64,000 bases of DNA, from contig JBAQNJ010000001.1 in the NCBI GenBank assembly GCA_049303675.1, positions 472,711 to 536,710 on the forward strand, read 5' to 3'. The translations under genes were made by a program, and so were the position numbers. Below the pieces are notes generated by a model. It was given only the letters and a program-made list of their open reading frames with translations. It ran no database searches and had not been told where the DNA came from. The stretch is from Microgenomates group bacterium. Its GTDB lineage: Bacteria; Patescibacteriota; Microgenomatia; UBA12405. Positions 8,790 to 18,260 of the stretch are shown piece after piece (the first letter of the stretch is position 1; every line of letters begins with the position of its first letter).

Positions 8790-10727
8790 ATGTCAAACTC
8801 AAACAAAATCATCGGTATCGATTTAGGCACCACCAATTCTTGTGTCGCTGTCATGGAAGGCGGCACCGCCAAAGTTATTTTTAGTTCTGAGGGTCGCAAC
8901 ACCATCCCCTCCATTGTCGAAGTGGTCAAAAAACTCGTTGGTGATTTGGCCAAACGACAAATGGTCCTCAACTCCAAAAACACTGTCTTTTCAGTTAAAC
9001 GTCTTATGGGTCGACGCATCGATGATCCCGAGGTAGTCAAAACCATTCAAATAGCTCCCTACAAAATTGTCGCCGGCAAGGACAAAATGGCTTGTGTCGA
9101 AATAGAAGGCAAGATCTATACTCCTCAGGAAATCTCCAGTATGATTTTAGCCAAATGTAAGGCCGATGCCGAAAAATATTTAGGTGAAAAAGTCGAACGG
9201 GCAGTCATTACCGTTCCTGCCTACTTTGATGATTCTCAGCGTCAGGCTACCAAGCAAGCTGGAGAAATCGCTGGGCTCAAGGTTGAGCGTATCGTCAACG
9301 AACCCACTGCTTCTGCCCTCGCCTATGGACTAGATAAAAAGAAAAAGGGAATGGTGGCCGTTTACGATTTAGGTGGAGGTACTTTTGACATATCTGTCCT
9401 CGAAATTGGTGATGGTGTTTTTGAGGTGAAGGCCACCAATGGTGACACCTTTTTAGGCGGCGATGATTTTGATCAAAAGATTTTACATTGGCTAATCGAT
9501 AACTTCAAAAAAGACCAAGGAGTTGATTTGGGTAAAGATCCCCAAGCACTCCAACGTCTGCGTGAAGCTGCCGAAAAAGCCAAAATTGAATTATCCTCGG
9601 CTCAAGAGACCGACATTAATTTACCTTTTATCACTCAACGTGACGGCAACCCCCTCCATCTGACAGTCAAACTGACTCGCTCGGAAATGGAAAAATTAGT
9701 TGATGATCTAATTCAAAAAACTATCGGTCCGGTGGAAAAGTGTCTTAAAGACGCTGGCGTTAGCAAATCCGATATCACCGACGTTGTCATGGTTGGTGGT
9801 ATGACTCGTATGCCCAAGGTTCAACAAGTGGTCAAAGATTTCTTCGGCAAAGATCTGGATACTACTGTTAATCCCGATGAGGTGGTCGCCATTGGTGCTG
9901 CCGTGCAGGGTGCCGTCCTCACTGGTGAAGTCAAAGACATCGTCTTACTCGACGTTACTCCACTAACTTTTGGTATCGAGACCGCCGGTGGTGTTCGCAC
10001 ACCTCTAATTGATCGTAATACTACCGTACCTACCAAGAAATCACAGATATTTACCACCTATTCCGATTCTCAGCCTCAGGTGGAAATCAATGTCTTGCAA
10101 GGTGAGCGTCCTATGGCCGCGGACAACAAGTCTCTTGGTAGATTTGTATTAGATGGTATTCCCCCAGCCCCTCGCGGTACTCCTCAAATCGAAGTCACTT
10201 TTGATATTGATAGCAATGGTATTTTATCTGTCTCTGCCAAAGACAAGGGCACTGGCAAAGAGCAAAAAATCACCATTCAAAATGCTACCAACTTGAAAGA
10301 TGAAGAAATCGAGCAAATGAAAAAGGATGCTGAATCTCATGCTCGTGAAGACGAAGAAAAGCATGGCCTAGCGGAGAGTCGCAACAAGCTTGATGGCACC
10401 ATTTTCTCGGGAGAGAAAACTCTCAAAGATTTTGAGAACAAGGTCAAACCAGAAGATAAAACTATTATTGAGGACAAAATCAAGGCCGGTAAAGAATTGC
10501 TGGCCAAAACCGATGTCAAAAAAGACGAGTTTGATAAGTTCTCTGAAGAATTTAATCAAATCCTCCAAACCATTGGCGCTGCCATATACCAACAGCAACA
10601 ACCCCCACAGGGAGGTCCTGCAGGTGAGCCTACGGCCGAACCATCAGCCGAAGAGCCTGCCTCAGACAAAAAAAAGAAGTCTGCCAAAACTGATGAAAAA
10701 GTTGAGGAAGGTGAGGTTGTTAAATAA
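8790..10727 (+). CDS. dnaK: molecular chaperone DnaK (Hsp70)
   Basis: [39 protein letters not shown] and an acidic C-terminal tail ending ...EEGEVVK. Confidence 0.97.
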   Translation: MSNSNKIIGIDLGTTNSCVAVMEGGTAKVIFSSEGRNTIPSIVEVVKKLVGDLAKRQMVLNSKNTVFSVKRLMGRRIDDPEVVKTIQIAPYKIVAGKDKMACVEIEGKIYTPQEISSMILAKCKADAEKYLGEKVERAVITVPAYFDDSQRQATKQAGEIAGLKVERIVNEPTASALAYGLDKKKKGMVAVYDLGGGTFDISVLEIGDGVFEVKATNGDTFLGGDDFDQKILHWLIDNFKKDQGVDLGKDPQALQRLREAAEKAKIELSSAQETDINLPFITQRDGNPLHLTVKLTRSEMEKLVDDLIQKTIGPVEKCLKDAGVSKSDITDVVMVGGMTRMPKVQQVVKDFFGKDLDTTVNPDEVVAIGAAVQGAVLTGEVKDIVLLDVTPLTFGIETAGGVRTPLIDRNTTVPTKKSQIFTTYSDSQPQVEINVLQGERPMAADNKSLGRFVLDGIPPAPRGTPQIEVTFDIDSNGILSVSAKDKGTGKEQKITIQNATNLKDEEIEQMKKDAESHAREDEEKHGLAESRNKLDGTIFSGEKTLKDFENKVKPEDKTIIEDKIKAGKELLAKTDVKKDEFDKFSEEFNQILQTIGAAIYQQQQPPQGGPAGEPTAEPSAEEPASDKKKKSAKTDEKVEEGEVVK

Positions 10728-10737
10728 TAATTACGTC

Positions 10738-10790
10738 ATTGCGAGGTCCGGCTCCGGCCGGACCGCGGCAATCTTTAACAACGTGATTTT
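10738..10790. repeat. dispersed intergenic repeat, copy 1 (tcattgcgagg - hairpin - cgcggcaatctttaacaacgtga)
   Basis: 12-nt and 23-nt conserved arms are shared with 62868-62920. The internal part is a GC hairpin ggtccggc-tccg-gccggacc. It lies directly 3' of the dnaK stop. Confidence 0.5.
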
Positions 10791-10804
10791 AAAAAAATAA
10801 AAAC

Positions 10805-11248
10805 ATGCCAATCGATTTAATTAGAGAAAAACAAGTTAATAGCGAAACAGATTCTTTTTCTGTCAACATAAAACCTCTCAAGATTGAAGGTGCCCCAAAA
10901 CGTCAACTAGATGCACTCGCAAATCATGCGCTAGGTGAAAATAGAGGTGAACTTGCCTTCAAAAGTGTCCATCCATATTTAATCGGACTTAATGGAGACA
11001 ATCCAGAAAACGTTGAAAAACTCTCTGTAGCAGCCATTGATTTTCTTGCAAAAAATTTTCCAGTAAATATCCCCAGTCTATCATTTACTCTGATCCGTCA
11101 TGAAACTATGGCTCGGGTTGGTATACAAAATGCACCAAACTTTGCCATTATGGCGGTACAGGATTTTAGTACTATTATACCCGCTATAAATACTGTGAAG
11201 GAACCTTTTTATGGTACATTTAATCAATTTCTTGAAACGCTAAAATAA
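10805..11248 (+). CDS. hypothetical protein (147 aa), cassette gene 1 of 5 between dnaK and dnaJ
   Basis: ORF with no recognisable domain, tightly packed with the next four ORFs. Confidence 0.5.
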   Translation: MPIDLIREKQVNSETDSFSVNIKPLKIEGAPKRQLDALANHALGENRGELAFKSVHPYLIGLNGDNPENVEKLSVAAIDFLAKNFPVNIPSLSFTLIRHETMARVGIQNAPNFAIMAVQDFSTIIPAINTVKEPFYGTFNQFLETLK

Positions 11249-11249
11249 T

Positions 11250-11603
11250 ATGTCCGACGAATCAATGGAATTTTCTGAAAGGACACCAAAATCAAAGCCA
11301 TCAGCAAAAGTTAATCATATGACTCTGGAAAGAGCCATAGAATTGGGAGAATATGATGAAAAGTTTTTGGAAACTTTTCGAGACTGGGCAGATCTCAGTC
11401 AAAATATTCGCTTCAATTATATTTTGCGAGCTATCAAAAACCGGCGCCAATTTTTACGTCTCAATTATGCTGAAACCTTTAATGTTCTCGACTACAGTCA
11501 AAAGCCAGAACTAAAAAATGTTCTCGAAGCAATCAACAAAAGATTAATTGAACTACAGTTGGAAGAAGAAAAAATTAGAGTAGAATACTCATCACGGTTA
11601 TAA
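11250..11603 (+). CDS. hypothetical protein (117 aa), cassette gene 2
   Basis: ORF starting 2 nt after the previous stop; no domain recognised. Confidence 0.5.
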   Translation: MSDESMEFSERTPKSKPSAKVNHMTLERAIELGEYDEKFLETFRDWADLSQNIRFNYILRAIKNRRQFLRLNYAETFNVLDYSQKPELKNVLEAINKRLIELQLEEEKIRVEYSSRL

Positions 11604-11649
11604 ACTATGAGATGTGCCACCAGCGCGTCTCTACAAAAAATAATAAAAT

Positions 11650-12078
11650 ATGACATCGAAACCAGCAGAAGAAAGTCAAACTCCATTTTTTGAAGATAAA
11701 AACAAAGGCCCTTTGTGGAAAAAACTCAGTGATTCTGAACGCCAAAAATTAATAGATAGAGACAAACAAAAATTTAATGGGTATTTAAGCATTTTACCCG
11801 AAGTCATATATTACCCAAAAGGTGATGAATCATATATTTTACACAAGAAGCTCTTTGGTGAATATTTTAGCGATCATAGCCATGAACTTAGGATTAATTC
11901 AATGATAAAAACCGTAAAAAGAAATGACGAAAGTATAATTCTATACTTTGGTTGTAGTAACGCTAGACCAACAAACGAAATGGAATTTATAAAATCTCTT
12001 ATCAAAGCAACTGGCCATGTTAATGAACTACTGCAAACAGTAGGCGCTACAAAATTAATCTCAGCAAACAAATTATAG
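11650..12078 (+). CDS. hypothetical protein (142 aa), cassette gene 3
   Basis: ORF only. Confidence 0.5.
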   Translation: MTSKPAEESQTPFFEDKNKGPLWKKLSDSERQKLIDRDKQKFNGYLSILPEVIYYPKGDESYILHKKLFGEYFSDHSHELRINSMIKTVKRNDESIILYFGCSNARPTNEMEFIKSLIKATGHVNELLQTVGATKLISANKL

Positions 12079-12081
12079 TTT

Positions 12082-12339
12082 ATGAAAAATCCAGAATTCC
12101 AAATCAACCAGCTTCGGCTTGACAAAATAATTTATGCTGTCGAGGCCGTAGCCATAAACATCACCTGTTTTTCGGTTACTATTTTAGTCGGCAATTTTCT
12201 TGGCGAAAAAAGTTTTGACGCTGGTTACAATCTCATCACTCCCGCCATCTTATCCATTGGTATTATATTTACTCTCTATGCCCTCATTGGCAATCTCCTA
12301 CGGTTGCGTAAAATAAGACAATTAGAAAAATCTATATAA
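12082..12339 (+). CDS. hypothetical small membrane protein (two TM helices), cassette gene 4
   Basis: Two hydrophobic helices: AVEAVAINITCFSVTILVGNFL and ITPAILSIGIIFTLYALIGNLL. Confidence 0.45.
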   Translation: MKNPEFQINQLRLDKIIYAVEAVAINITCFSVTILVGNFLGEKSFDAGYNLITPAILSIGIIFTLYALIGNLLRLRKIRQLEKSI

Positions 12340-12385
12340 TTTGCCTGTTTTACGATATAATACAAACTATATAAATTAAAACACA

Positions 12386-12760
12386 ATGTCAAAACTAAAT
12401 ATCATGTGGAACGAAGTCAGACAGCCAGAGAGACAAATATTAATGGATGAATATACTAAGCTAAACCAACAGTTAGTTCTCAATGGTTTTCCCTTGGTGT
12501 CTTTTCAAACAATTACCAGCTACTCTGAGCAAGAAGACCAATTACGTTTTTTTGCCGGTGACTTACATACAGCAATTAGCAAAAAGTTACCACAGAATGA
12601 AAAAATATTTTTCGAATTACCAGTCAGAAAATCACCTGACAGTGGTATTGCCAGAATGTATGTTTCTTGTGCATCAGGAAAATTAGACTTAATCGAAGAT
12701 GCATTAGATGAAGTAGCTCATGAAAACCCCACAGTTCCACAACGACGAAAAAGGTTATGA
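12386..12760 (+). CDS. hypothetical protein (124 aa), cassette gene 5
   Basis: ORF whose stop overlaps the dnaJ start (ATGA-type junction at 12757-12760). Confidence 0.5.
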   Translation: MSKLNIMWNEVRQPERQILMDEYTKLNQQLVLNGFPLVSFQTITSYSEQEDQLRFFAGDLHTAISKKLPQNEKIFFELPVRKSPDSGIARMYVSCASGKLDLIEDALDEVAHENPTVPQRRKRL

Positions 12761-13617
12761 AAAAAGATTTTTACGAAACATTAGGGGTCCAAAAAGGTGC
12801 CGGCAAGGACGAAATCAAATCGGCCTATCGTAAAATGGCGATGCAAAATCATCCCGATCGCAACAAGGCTCCCGATGCCGAAGAAAAATTCAAGGAAATC
12901 AACGAAGCCTACGAAGTTCTCAGTAACGATCAAAAAAAGCAGGCCTACGACCAGTTTGGTCACGCCGCTTTTGACCCATCTTCGGGCGGATTTGGTGGTC
13001 AGACCCACAGTACTCAAAACGGACCCTTTAGCTATACCTGGCAGAGTAGCGGTGGCAGTAACCCTTTTGGTGGCCAAGAGTTTGACTTTGGCGGATTTAG
13101 CAACCCTTTTGATATTTTCGAATCATTCTTCGGCGGCAATATGGGCGGAGGTCGTCAACGAGCCCAAATCCCGACCTACAAAATTCAAATTAGTTTCCTC
13201 GATGCTGCCAACGGCGTTGAAAAAGAAGTCGATATCAATGGCCACCGCAAAAAAATAAAAATTCCTGCCGGTGTTGATGATGGCCAGCGTATCCGCTTTA
13301 ATGAGTTTATTTTATATATCGACGTTTTACCGGATAATACCTTTAAAAGAGATGGTAATGATGTCTATGTCAATGTCGACATTACTTTTGTTGATGCCGC
13401 TCTTGGTACCGAGCTGGAAGTCCCCACCCTTCATGATCCGATTACTATCAAAGTCAAAGCCGGCACCCAGCCCAACACTCTTGTTCGACTTCGTGGGCAG
13501 GGAATCAAGGATGTCAACGGCTACGGACAGGGAGACCTCTATATCCGACTATCTGTTGTTGTCCCTATCAAACTAACCAGCCATCAAAAAGATCTGTTGA
13601 GAGAATTGGACTTTTAA
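12757..13617 (+). CDS. dnaJ: J-domain co-chaperone DnaJ/CbpA type (no zinc-finger domain)
   Basis: J domain DFYETLGVQKGAGKDEIKSAYRKMAMQNHPDRN with the HPD motif, a Gly/Phe-rich linker and C-terminal substrate-binding domains. There are no cysteines at all, so the CxxCxGxG repeats are absent. Confidence 0.8.
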   Translation: MKKDFYETLGVQKGAGKDEIKSAYRKMAMQNHPDRNKAPDAEEKFKEINEAYEVLSNDQKKQAYDQFGHAAFDPSSGGFGGQTHSTQNGPFSYTWQSSGGSNPFGGQEFDFGGFSNPFDIFESFFGGNMGGGRQRAQIPTYKIQISFLDAANGVEKEVDINGHRKKIKIPAGVDDGQRIRFNEFILYIDVLPDNTFKRDGNDVYVNVDITFVDAALGTELEVPTLHDPITIKVKAGTQPNTLVRLRGQGIKDVNGYGQGDLYIRLSVVVPIKLTSHQKDLLRELDF

Positions 13618-13650
13618 TGTATAATCTATCCATTAATTAGTGTTAAATGG

Positions 13651-13677
13651 AATGGGGCGGTAAAACGTCCCATTTTT
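13651..13677 (+). terminator. intrinsic terminator-like hairpin between dnaJ and nusA
   Basis: aatggggcg-gtaaaa-cgtcccatt followed by TTTTT. A TGTATAAT promoter-like motif at 13619-13626 lies just upstream. Confidence 0.4.
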
Positions 13678-13693
13678 ATTAATAAAAGAAATT

Positions 13694-14677
13694 ATGGATA
13701 TTAAAAAACTACCAAAAACCGAATTTGCCTCTGCTGTAGCTCAAATTGCAGGTGAACGCAACATTGATCCTCAGGAGATTCTTGATGCTATCGAACAAGG
13801 TTTAATTTCTGCCTACAAACGTGACCAAAAAGAGCATGGCAATCTCATTGACGATGAAGCCCTGTTTGAAGTCGAAATTACTCCTGCTAGTGGTTCATTT
13901 TTAATTTTTGCCATTGATGGTGACAATAGAAAAGATGTTACTCCTCCAGGTTTTGGCCGCATTGCTGCCATGACCGCCAAACAAGTCATCGACCAAAAAA
14001 TTCGCGAAGCCGAGCGTGGCACCGTTATTGCCGAGTATCAACGCAAAATTGGCTCATTAGTTGCTGGTGTAGTTCTCCATATTGATCCCTACAAAATTAA
14101 TGTCGGTATCGGTAAAACAGAAGCAATTTTACCCAAAGATGAGCAAATTCGTAACGAAAATCTCAACTTAGGTGACAAAAAACAATTTTTGCTCAAAGCC
14201 ATCATCGAAGATGACACTGGCCGTAAAGAAATCATTCTCTCCCGCAAGGATCCTGAATTTATCAAGGAGTTATTTTCTCGAGAGGTTCCTGAAGTCGGTA
14301 ATCGTACTGTGGTTATCGAAAAAGTCGCCCGCTCTTCAGGTGAACGCACCAAAATCGCCGTTTCTAGCTCCCAGCCGGGAGTCGATCCAGTTGGTTCTTG
14401 TATTGGTCAAAAGGGTAGCCGCATCCAAGCTGTATTAGGTGAATTACCTAGTTTTGAAAAGGTTGACGTTATCGCTTATTCCAAGAGTTTACAGCAATTT
14501 ATTGCCAATGCCTTGTCCCCCGCTGAAAACGTCAAAATAGTTTCCATCAAAGATGGCCTAGCAGTTGTTGATGTCCCTGAGGATCAATTAGCCCTAGCCA
14601 TAGGTGCCGGTGGTGAAAACGTCCGTCTAGCTGGTATTCTCTGTGATCTGGAAATCAAAGTTCAGGGCGCAAAATAA
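13694..14677 (+). CDS. nusA: transcription termination/antitermination factor NusA (compact; no C-terminal acidic repeats)
   Basis: N-terminal domain, S1 domain and two KH domains (IGQKGSRIQAV..., AIGAGGENVRLA). Confidence 0.9.
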   Translation: MDIKKLPKTEFASAVAQIAGERNIDPQEILDAIEQGLISAYKRDQKEHGNLIDDEALFEVEITPASGSFLIFAIDGDNRKDVTPPGFGRIAAMTAKQVIDQKIREAERGTVIAEYQRKIGSLVAGVVLHIDPYKINVGIGKTEAILPKDEQIRNENLNLGDKKQFLLKAIIEDDTGRKEIILSRKDPEFIKELFSREVPEVGNRTVVIEKVARSSGERTKIAVSSSQPGVDPVGSCIGQKGSRIQAVLGELPSFEKVDVIAYSKSLQQFIANALSPAENVKIVSIKDGLAVVDVPEDQLALAIGAGGENVRLAGILCDLEIKVQGAK

Positions 14678-14685
14678 TTTTTATT

Positions 14686-14721
14686 GTAGAGTCGCCATAT
14701 ATGGCGACTCTACTTTTTTTT
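14686..14721 (+). terminator. strong rho-independent terminator after nusA
   Basis: Perfect 28-nt palindrome gtagagtcgccata/tatggcgactctac (14686-14713) followed by T8 (14714-14721). Confidence 0.8.
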
Positions 14722-14804
14722 ATATCATCATTCCAGTATTCCCAGTTTTAGGTATATAATTCAGAGATTTTACTAAAACTATTTTTTTAATCAAAATATG
14801 TTTT

Positions 14805-14856
14805 ACCCTCGATGTCTTGGGAGGGTCGTCCCGACAAAGTCGGGACGGGGTTGGGT
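14805..14856 (+). other. pair of GC-rich hairpins upstream of infB (possible leader or attenuator structure)
   Basis: accctc-gatgtcttg-ggaggg, then gtcccgac-aaa-gtcgggac (a perfect 8-bp stem) followed by ggggttgggtttta. Confidence 0.35.
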
Positions 14857-14889
14857 TTTATTAAAATTTTAAATTAAAAATTAAAAATT

Positions 14890-16308
14890 ATGACCTTATT
14901 TCGTCCCCCAATCGTCGCTGTCATGGGTCATATTGATCATGGCAAAACCTCTCTCTTAGATCGGATCCGCAACGCCTCGGTAGCCAAAAAAGAAGCTGGC
15001 GGCATTACTCAACATATCAACTCTTATCAAACAGAAGTCAAGACAAAATCTGGTAAAACCGGTAAAATAACTTTCATTGATACTCCGGGACACGCTGCTT
15101 TTTCCAACATGCGCGTCCGTGGTGCCAATATCACTGATATTGTCGTTCTGGTAGTTTCTGCTGTCGATGGAGTCATGGTTCAGACCAAGGAATGTATCGC
15201 CGAAATCAAAAAATCCAATCTGCCTTGCATTGTGGCCATGAACAAGTCTGATCTCGTGGGTAGTTCCCCCGAAAAAATTAAAGGCCAATTAGTCGAGGCC
15301 GATTTAACCCCCGAAGATTATGGCGGCCAAATTCCTGTCATTCCCGTCTCCGCCAAAACCGGCCAAGGAATTGACGAGCTCTTAGACAGTATTCTCCTTC
15401 ACGCCGAAATCATGGAACTCCAGAGTGAGCCTGCTGAACTCCTTGAAGCCACCATTATCGAATCCAAATTAGACAAAGCCCGTGGCCCAGTCGCTGCTGT
15501 TATTGTCAAAAAGGGAACACTACGTCTCGGTGATATTGTTTATTCCCAAGATATATATTGCAAGGTCAAAGCCATGCTCGACTCTTCCGGCAAAAATATC
15601 ACCGAGGCCATTCCCTCTACTCCGGTTGAGATTCTCGGTTTTGAGAAAGTCCCTGCCGTAGGATCACTAATTACGCCCATAAAACAGGACAAAATAGTAT
15701 CAACTGCCAGAACTACTTCTAGCCCGATTACTGATCTAATCCAACTACCAGTAGTTATCAAGGCTGATGTTGAGGGGACTCTCGAAGCCCTCAAAAATAG
15801 TTTTAGTGATGATGTTCGGGTAATTTCTGCCAGTGTTGGTGGGGTGACTGACAATGACATTTTCTTGGCCGCTGCCGGTCATGCCCAAGTTTATGCTTTC
15901 AATGTCACTGTCCCCAAGTTTATTCAAAATTTGGCCGACAACCAAAAAGTAACTATCGTTCAGTCCAAAATAATCTATGAAATAATTGAAGACATCCAGT
16001 CCAAAGTCCTAAAAATGATGGATCCTACCATCGAAGAAACAATCACTGGTGAGGGGATTATCATAGCCGAGTTCAAAATTGATAAAGTTAGAATTGCTGG
16101 CATCAAGGTCACCAAAGGTGAGTTCAACAAAGGAGATTTGATCCATCTGCGTCATGATGAAAAAATCACCAAAGATACCAAGGTTGATGGTATCCACCAA
16201 GCCAAAAACATTGTGGAGCATGTCAAGCTCGGTGCCGAATGTGGTATGACTTTCAAGCCTTATGTTGACTTTAAATTAAATGATGTTATAATAGCCTATA
16301 AGAAATAG
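14890..16308 (+). CDS. infB: translation initiation factor IF-2 (short form: G domain and C-terminal domains only)
   Basis: PPIVAVMGHIDHGKTSLLD (G1), DTPGHAAF (G3), NKSD (G4), and C-terminal beta-barrel domains. Synteny with nusA. Confidence 0.9.
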   Translation: MTLFRPPIVAVMGHIDHGKTSLLDRIRNASVAKKEAGGITQHINSYQTEVKTKSGKTGKITFIDTPGHAAFSNMRVRGANITDIVVLVVSAVDGVMVQTKECIAEIKKSNLPCIVAMNKSDLVGSSPEKIKGQLVEADLTPEDYGGQIPVIPVSAKTGQGIDELLDSILLHAEIMELQSEPAELLEATIIESKLDKARGPVAAVIVKKGTLRLGDIVYSQDIYCKVKAMLDSSGKNITEAIPSTPVEILGFEKVPAVGSLITPIKQDKIVSTARTTSSPITDLIQLPVVIKADVEGTLEALKNSFSDDVRVISASVGGVTDNDIFLAAAGHAQVYAFNVTVPKFIQNLADNQKVTIVQSKIIYEIIEDIQSKVLKMMDPTIEETITGEGIIIAEFKIDKVRIAGIKVTKGEFNKGDLIHLRHDEKITKDTKVDGIHQAKNIVEHVKLGAECGMTFKPYVDFKLNDVIIAYKK

Positions 16309-16310
16309 TA

Positions 16311-17204
16311 ATGAGCAGATTAAATACCAATCTAATCATTTCTAATCCAGTTAATAATTATTCAATTGACAAGCAGGCCAATATGAAAAATTATAATGTA
16401 ACCGACATCAAAAATTTAGTAAATACCGCCAAAACCGCTCTAATCGTCGTGCCCACTATGAGTGTCGATAGTATTGGTGCCGCTCTTGGCTTAGCCATCG
16501 CCCTTAAAAAACGCCAGATTGAATCCAAGGTTTATTGTCCTACCAAAACCGACCAAAACTATTCCAAGCTCAGTGGCTTAGAATTACTCACCGACACTGT
16601 TTCGACCTCAGATCTTATGGTTTCCCTCGAATATCCCTTAGACCAAATCGAGCAAGTGTCTTACAACGATGATGGAGGTAGACTCAACTTGGTCGTCAAG
16701 ACCAAATCCGGCGCTCCCAAAATAGAAAATAATAAAATCATTATCAACAACGATGGTGCCTCTGCCGACGTTTGCTTTATGCTCGGTGATGAAACTGCCC
16801 TCGGCGCCAATTCTAGTATTACAAGTAAGGGTAACTGGATCTTTATTTCTCCGACCAACGTCGCTAAAACATGGGCCAAAGCTACTCTCGTCGATCCAGA
16901 TGCACCTTTTTCTGAGATATTTACCTTCTTATTGCCCATGATTGGGCTAGAATTAGACATTGATTCTGGAAAAGACTTGCTCATTGGTCTACGTGTTGCC
17001 ACTCAGTCTTTCTCCGTCAATGTCTCGCCTGAATCATTTGAAGCTGGAGCCATCTGTTTACGCGCTACCCAGCCTGCCGAGACTCCAACTACACCAGTTG
17101 AACCTATGCCAATTGAAAATGTGGAAAAATCTGGCGGCATGCCCCTGAACTCCACCACCGCTCCTTCAACCCAACCTAATCCAAACTTTACCCCTACAGC
17201 CTAA
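16311..17204 (+). CDS. hypothetical protein with a weak DHH-phosphoesterase-like N-terminus and a Pro/Thr-rich C-terminus (motifs degenerate)
   Basis: ALIVVPTMSVDSIGAALGLAIAL resembles the DHH motif I region (hhhhH.PDPDA.GS..GL), but the catalytic D.D and DHH residues are not conserved. It occupies the slot where rbfA/truB/ribF normally sit. Confidence 0.3.
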   Translation: MSRLNTNLIISNPVNNYSIDKQANMKNYNVTDIKNLVNTAKTALIVVPTMSVDSIGAALGLAIALKKRQIESKVYCPTKTDQNYSKLSGLELLTDTVSTSDLMVSLEYPLDQIEQVSYNDDGGRLNLVVKTKSGAPKIENNKIIINNDGASADVCFMLGDETALGANSSITSKGNWIFISPTNVAKTWAKATLVDPDAPFSEIFTFLLPMIGLELDIDSGKDLLIGLRVATQSFSVNVSPESFEAGAICLRATQPAETPTTPVEPMPIENVEKSGGMPLNSTTAPSTQPNPNFTPTA

Positions 17205-17225
17205 TAATTAATAATCCTAAATAAT

Positions 17226-17522
17226 ATGACAGGACACAAACGTACATTAGTAGAAGATTTATCTCATGTCGGTCATGTATTTAGAGATGCAGCCATTCGA
17301 GTTGATATTCAAGTAAATACTGCCCCGAAACGAACTAAAATCATTGCAGGAGCGGCCTCACTAGGACAAGTTGTCCTAAATACTGCGCTTACTGGAGACT
17401 TTGGCTTGGCTGTTTTGCCTGGTTATCGATTACCAAAAATACTGACCGCTAGTTGTCATGTTGCAGAAGATTTTGGCCGGGCACAAGGTGAGAAGATGTG
17501 GGTAGCAAGGCAAAAAAAATAG
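17226..17522 (+). CDS. hypothetical protein (98 aa)
   Basis: ORF only. Confidence 0.4.
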   Translation: MTGHKRTLVEDLSHVGHVFRDAAIRVDIQVNTAPKRTKIIAGAASLGQVVLNTALTGDFGLAVLPGYRLPKILTASCHVAEDFGRAQGEKMWVARQKK

Positions 17523-17570
17523 TTTTAACATCTGATAAAATATAATATATCTTTAATATCACTTCCAAGT

Positions 17571-17687
17571 ATGGAAAAGAAAATTCAAACAACCATAGGT
17601 GATCCAAAACCAGAACCAAAAACCCCGGATACAGGCACAGGTCCTGCCCAGCCAAGTAGTGGTGCTCCCAGTAGTGACAAAAAATAA
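17571..17687 (+). CDS. possible small ORF (38 aa, Pro/Thr/Ser-rich)
   Basis: ATG...TAA ORF below the 60-aa cutoff of the ORF track; low complexity. Confidence 0.2.
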   Translation: MEKKIQTTIGDPKPEPKTPDTGTGPAQPSSGAPSSDKK

Positions 17688-17690
17688 CCC

Positions 17691-17712
17691 AGTGCTATAA
17701 TCCGCGCATTAA
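17691..17712 (+). promoter_or_regulatory. extended -10 promoter module A (aGTGcTATAATccgcgcattaa)
   Basis: TGnTATAAT with TATAAT at 17696-17701. This 22-mer is 21/22 identical to module B. Confidence 0.45.
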
Positions 17713-17732
17713 ATATACATTATTTACCTACT

Positions 17733-17963
17733 ATGGATATTTTTCCCGCCAAGAAAACAGTCGAGCCAGATTGTAAGAAAAAAAGGGGGTATCCAACAGC
17801 CGATCAAAAACAGACAACAGTTCACATAATATTGGAAGGGCATGTTCCCTGCGGTGGATGTCATTATGTTCGGACAAACTTAAGTCAAGACTTTCAGTTA
17901 GACAGTTGGGATCCGGATAGAAAGTGTCTACTTAGTATTCCTCCTGTAGGAAGAAAATTATAA
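17733..17963 (+). CDS. hypothetical small Cys-containing protein (76 aa)
   Basis: ORF 33 nt downstream of promoter module A; contains PCGGCH. Confidence 0.4.
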   Translation: MDIFPAKKTVEPDCKKKRGYPTADQKQTTVHIILEGHVPCGGCHYVRTNLSQDFQLDSWDPDRKCLLSIPPVGRKL

Positions 17964-17966
17964 TTT

Positions 17967-17988
17967 AGTGCTATAATCCACGCATTAA
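17967..17988 (+). promoter_or_regulatory. extended -10 promoter module B (aGTGcTATAATccacgcattaa)
   Basis: Near-identical copy of module A (21/22). Confidence 0.45.
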
Positions 17989-18004
17989 TATTTTTATAAA
18001 CATC

Positions 18005-18229
18005 ATGCCACAACACTCAAGTATAACCGAAGTAGAGGTTAATTTTATGGTAGAGCATGGCAGAATGACTGTAGCTGAAGGCCAAAAATATCTTGACACT
18101 GCTGCTAGAAATAAAAATAACAATGTTTTAGACAAACTCGATACCAAACCCAGAATCTTTGCCGTTGAACATTCTGACCATATGGCTTCACGGAAACAAT
18201 TATCCAATAATATTGTTTGGAGAGAATAA
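18005..18229 (+). CDS. hypothetical small protein (74 aa)
   Basis: ORF 17 nt downstream of promoter module B. Confidence 0.4.
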   Translation: MPQHSSITEVEVNFMVEHGRMTVAEGQKYLDTAARNKNNNVLDKLDTKPRIFAVEHSDHMASRKQLSNNIVWRE

Positions 18230-18236
18230 TTAATTT

Positions 18237-18260
18237 TGTGTTATAATCCTCCTGTACTAA
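18237..18260 (+). promoter_or_regulatory. promoter module C upstream of rpsO (tGTGtTATAATcctcctgtactaa)
   Basis: Third, more diverged copy of the TGnTATAAT module. Confidence 0.4.

Noticed and set aside
8762-9046. Antisense and alternative-frame ORFs inside dnaK, dnaJ, pnp, rpoB, rpoC, ftsK and others (e.g. 8762..9046-, 8842..9036+, 10390..10800+, 12797..13258+, 19164..19556-, 45128..45550-)
   Set aside because: They are fully contained within strongly supported conserved genes on the other strand or in another frame. They are typical shadow ORFs.
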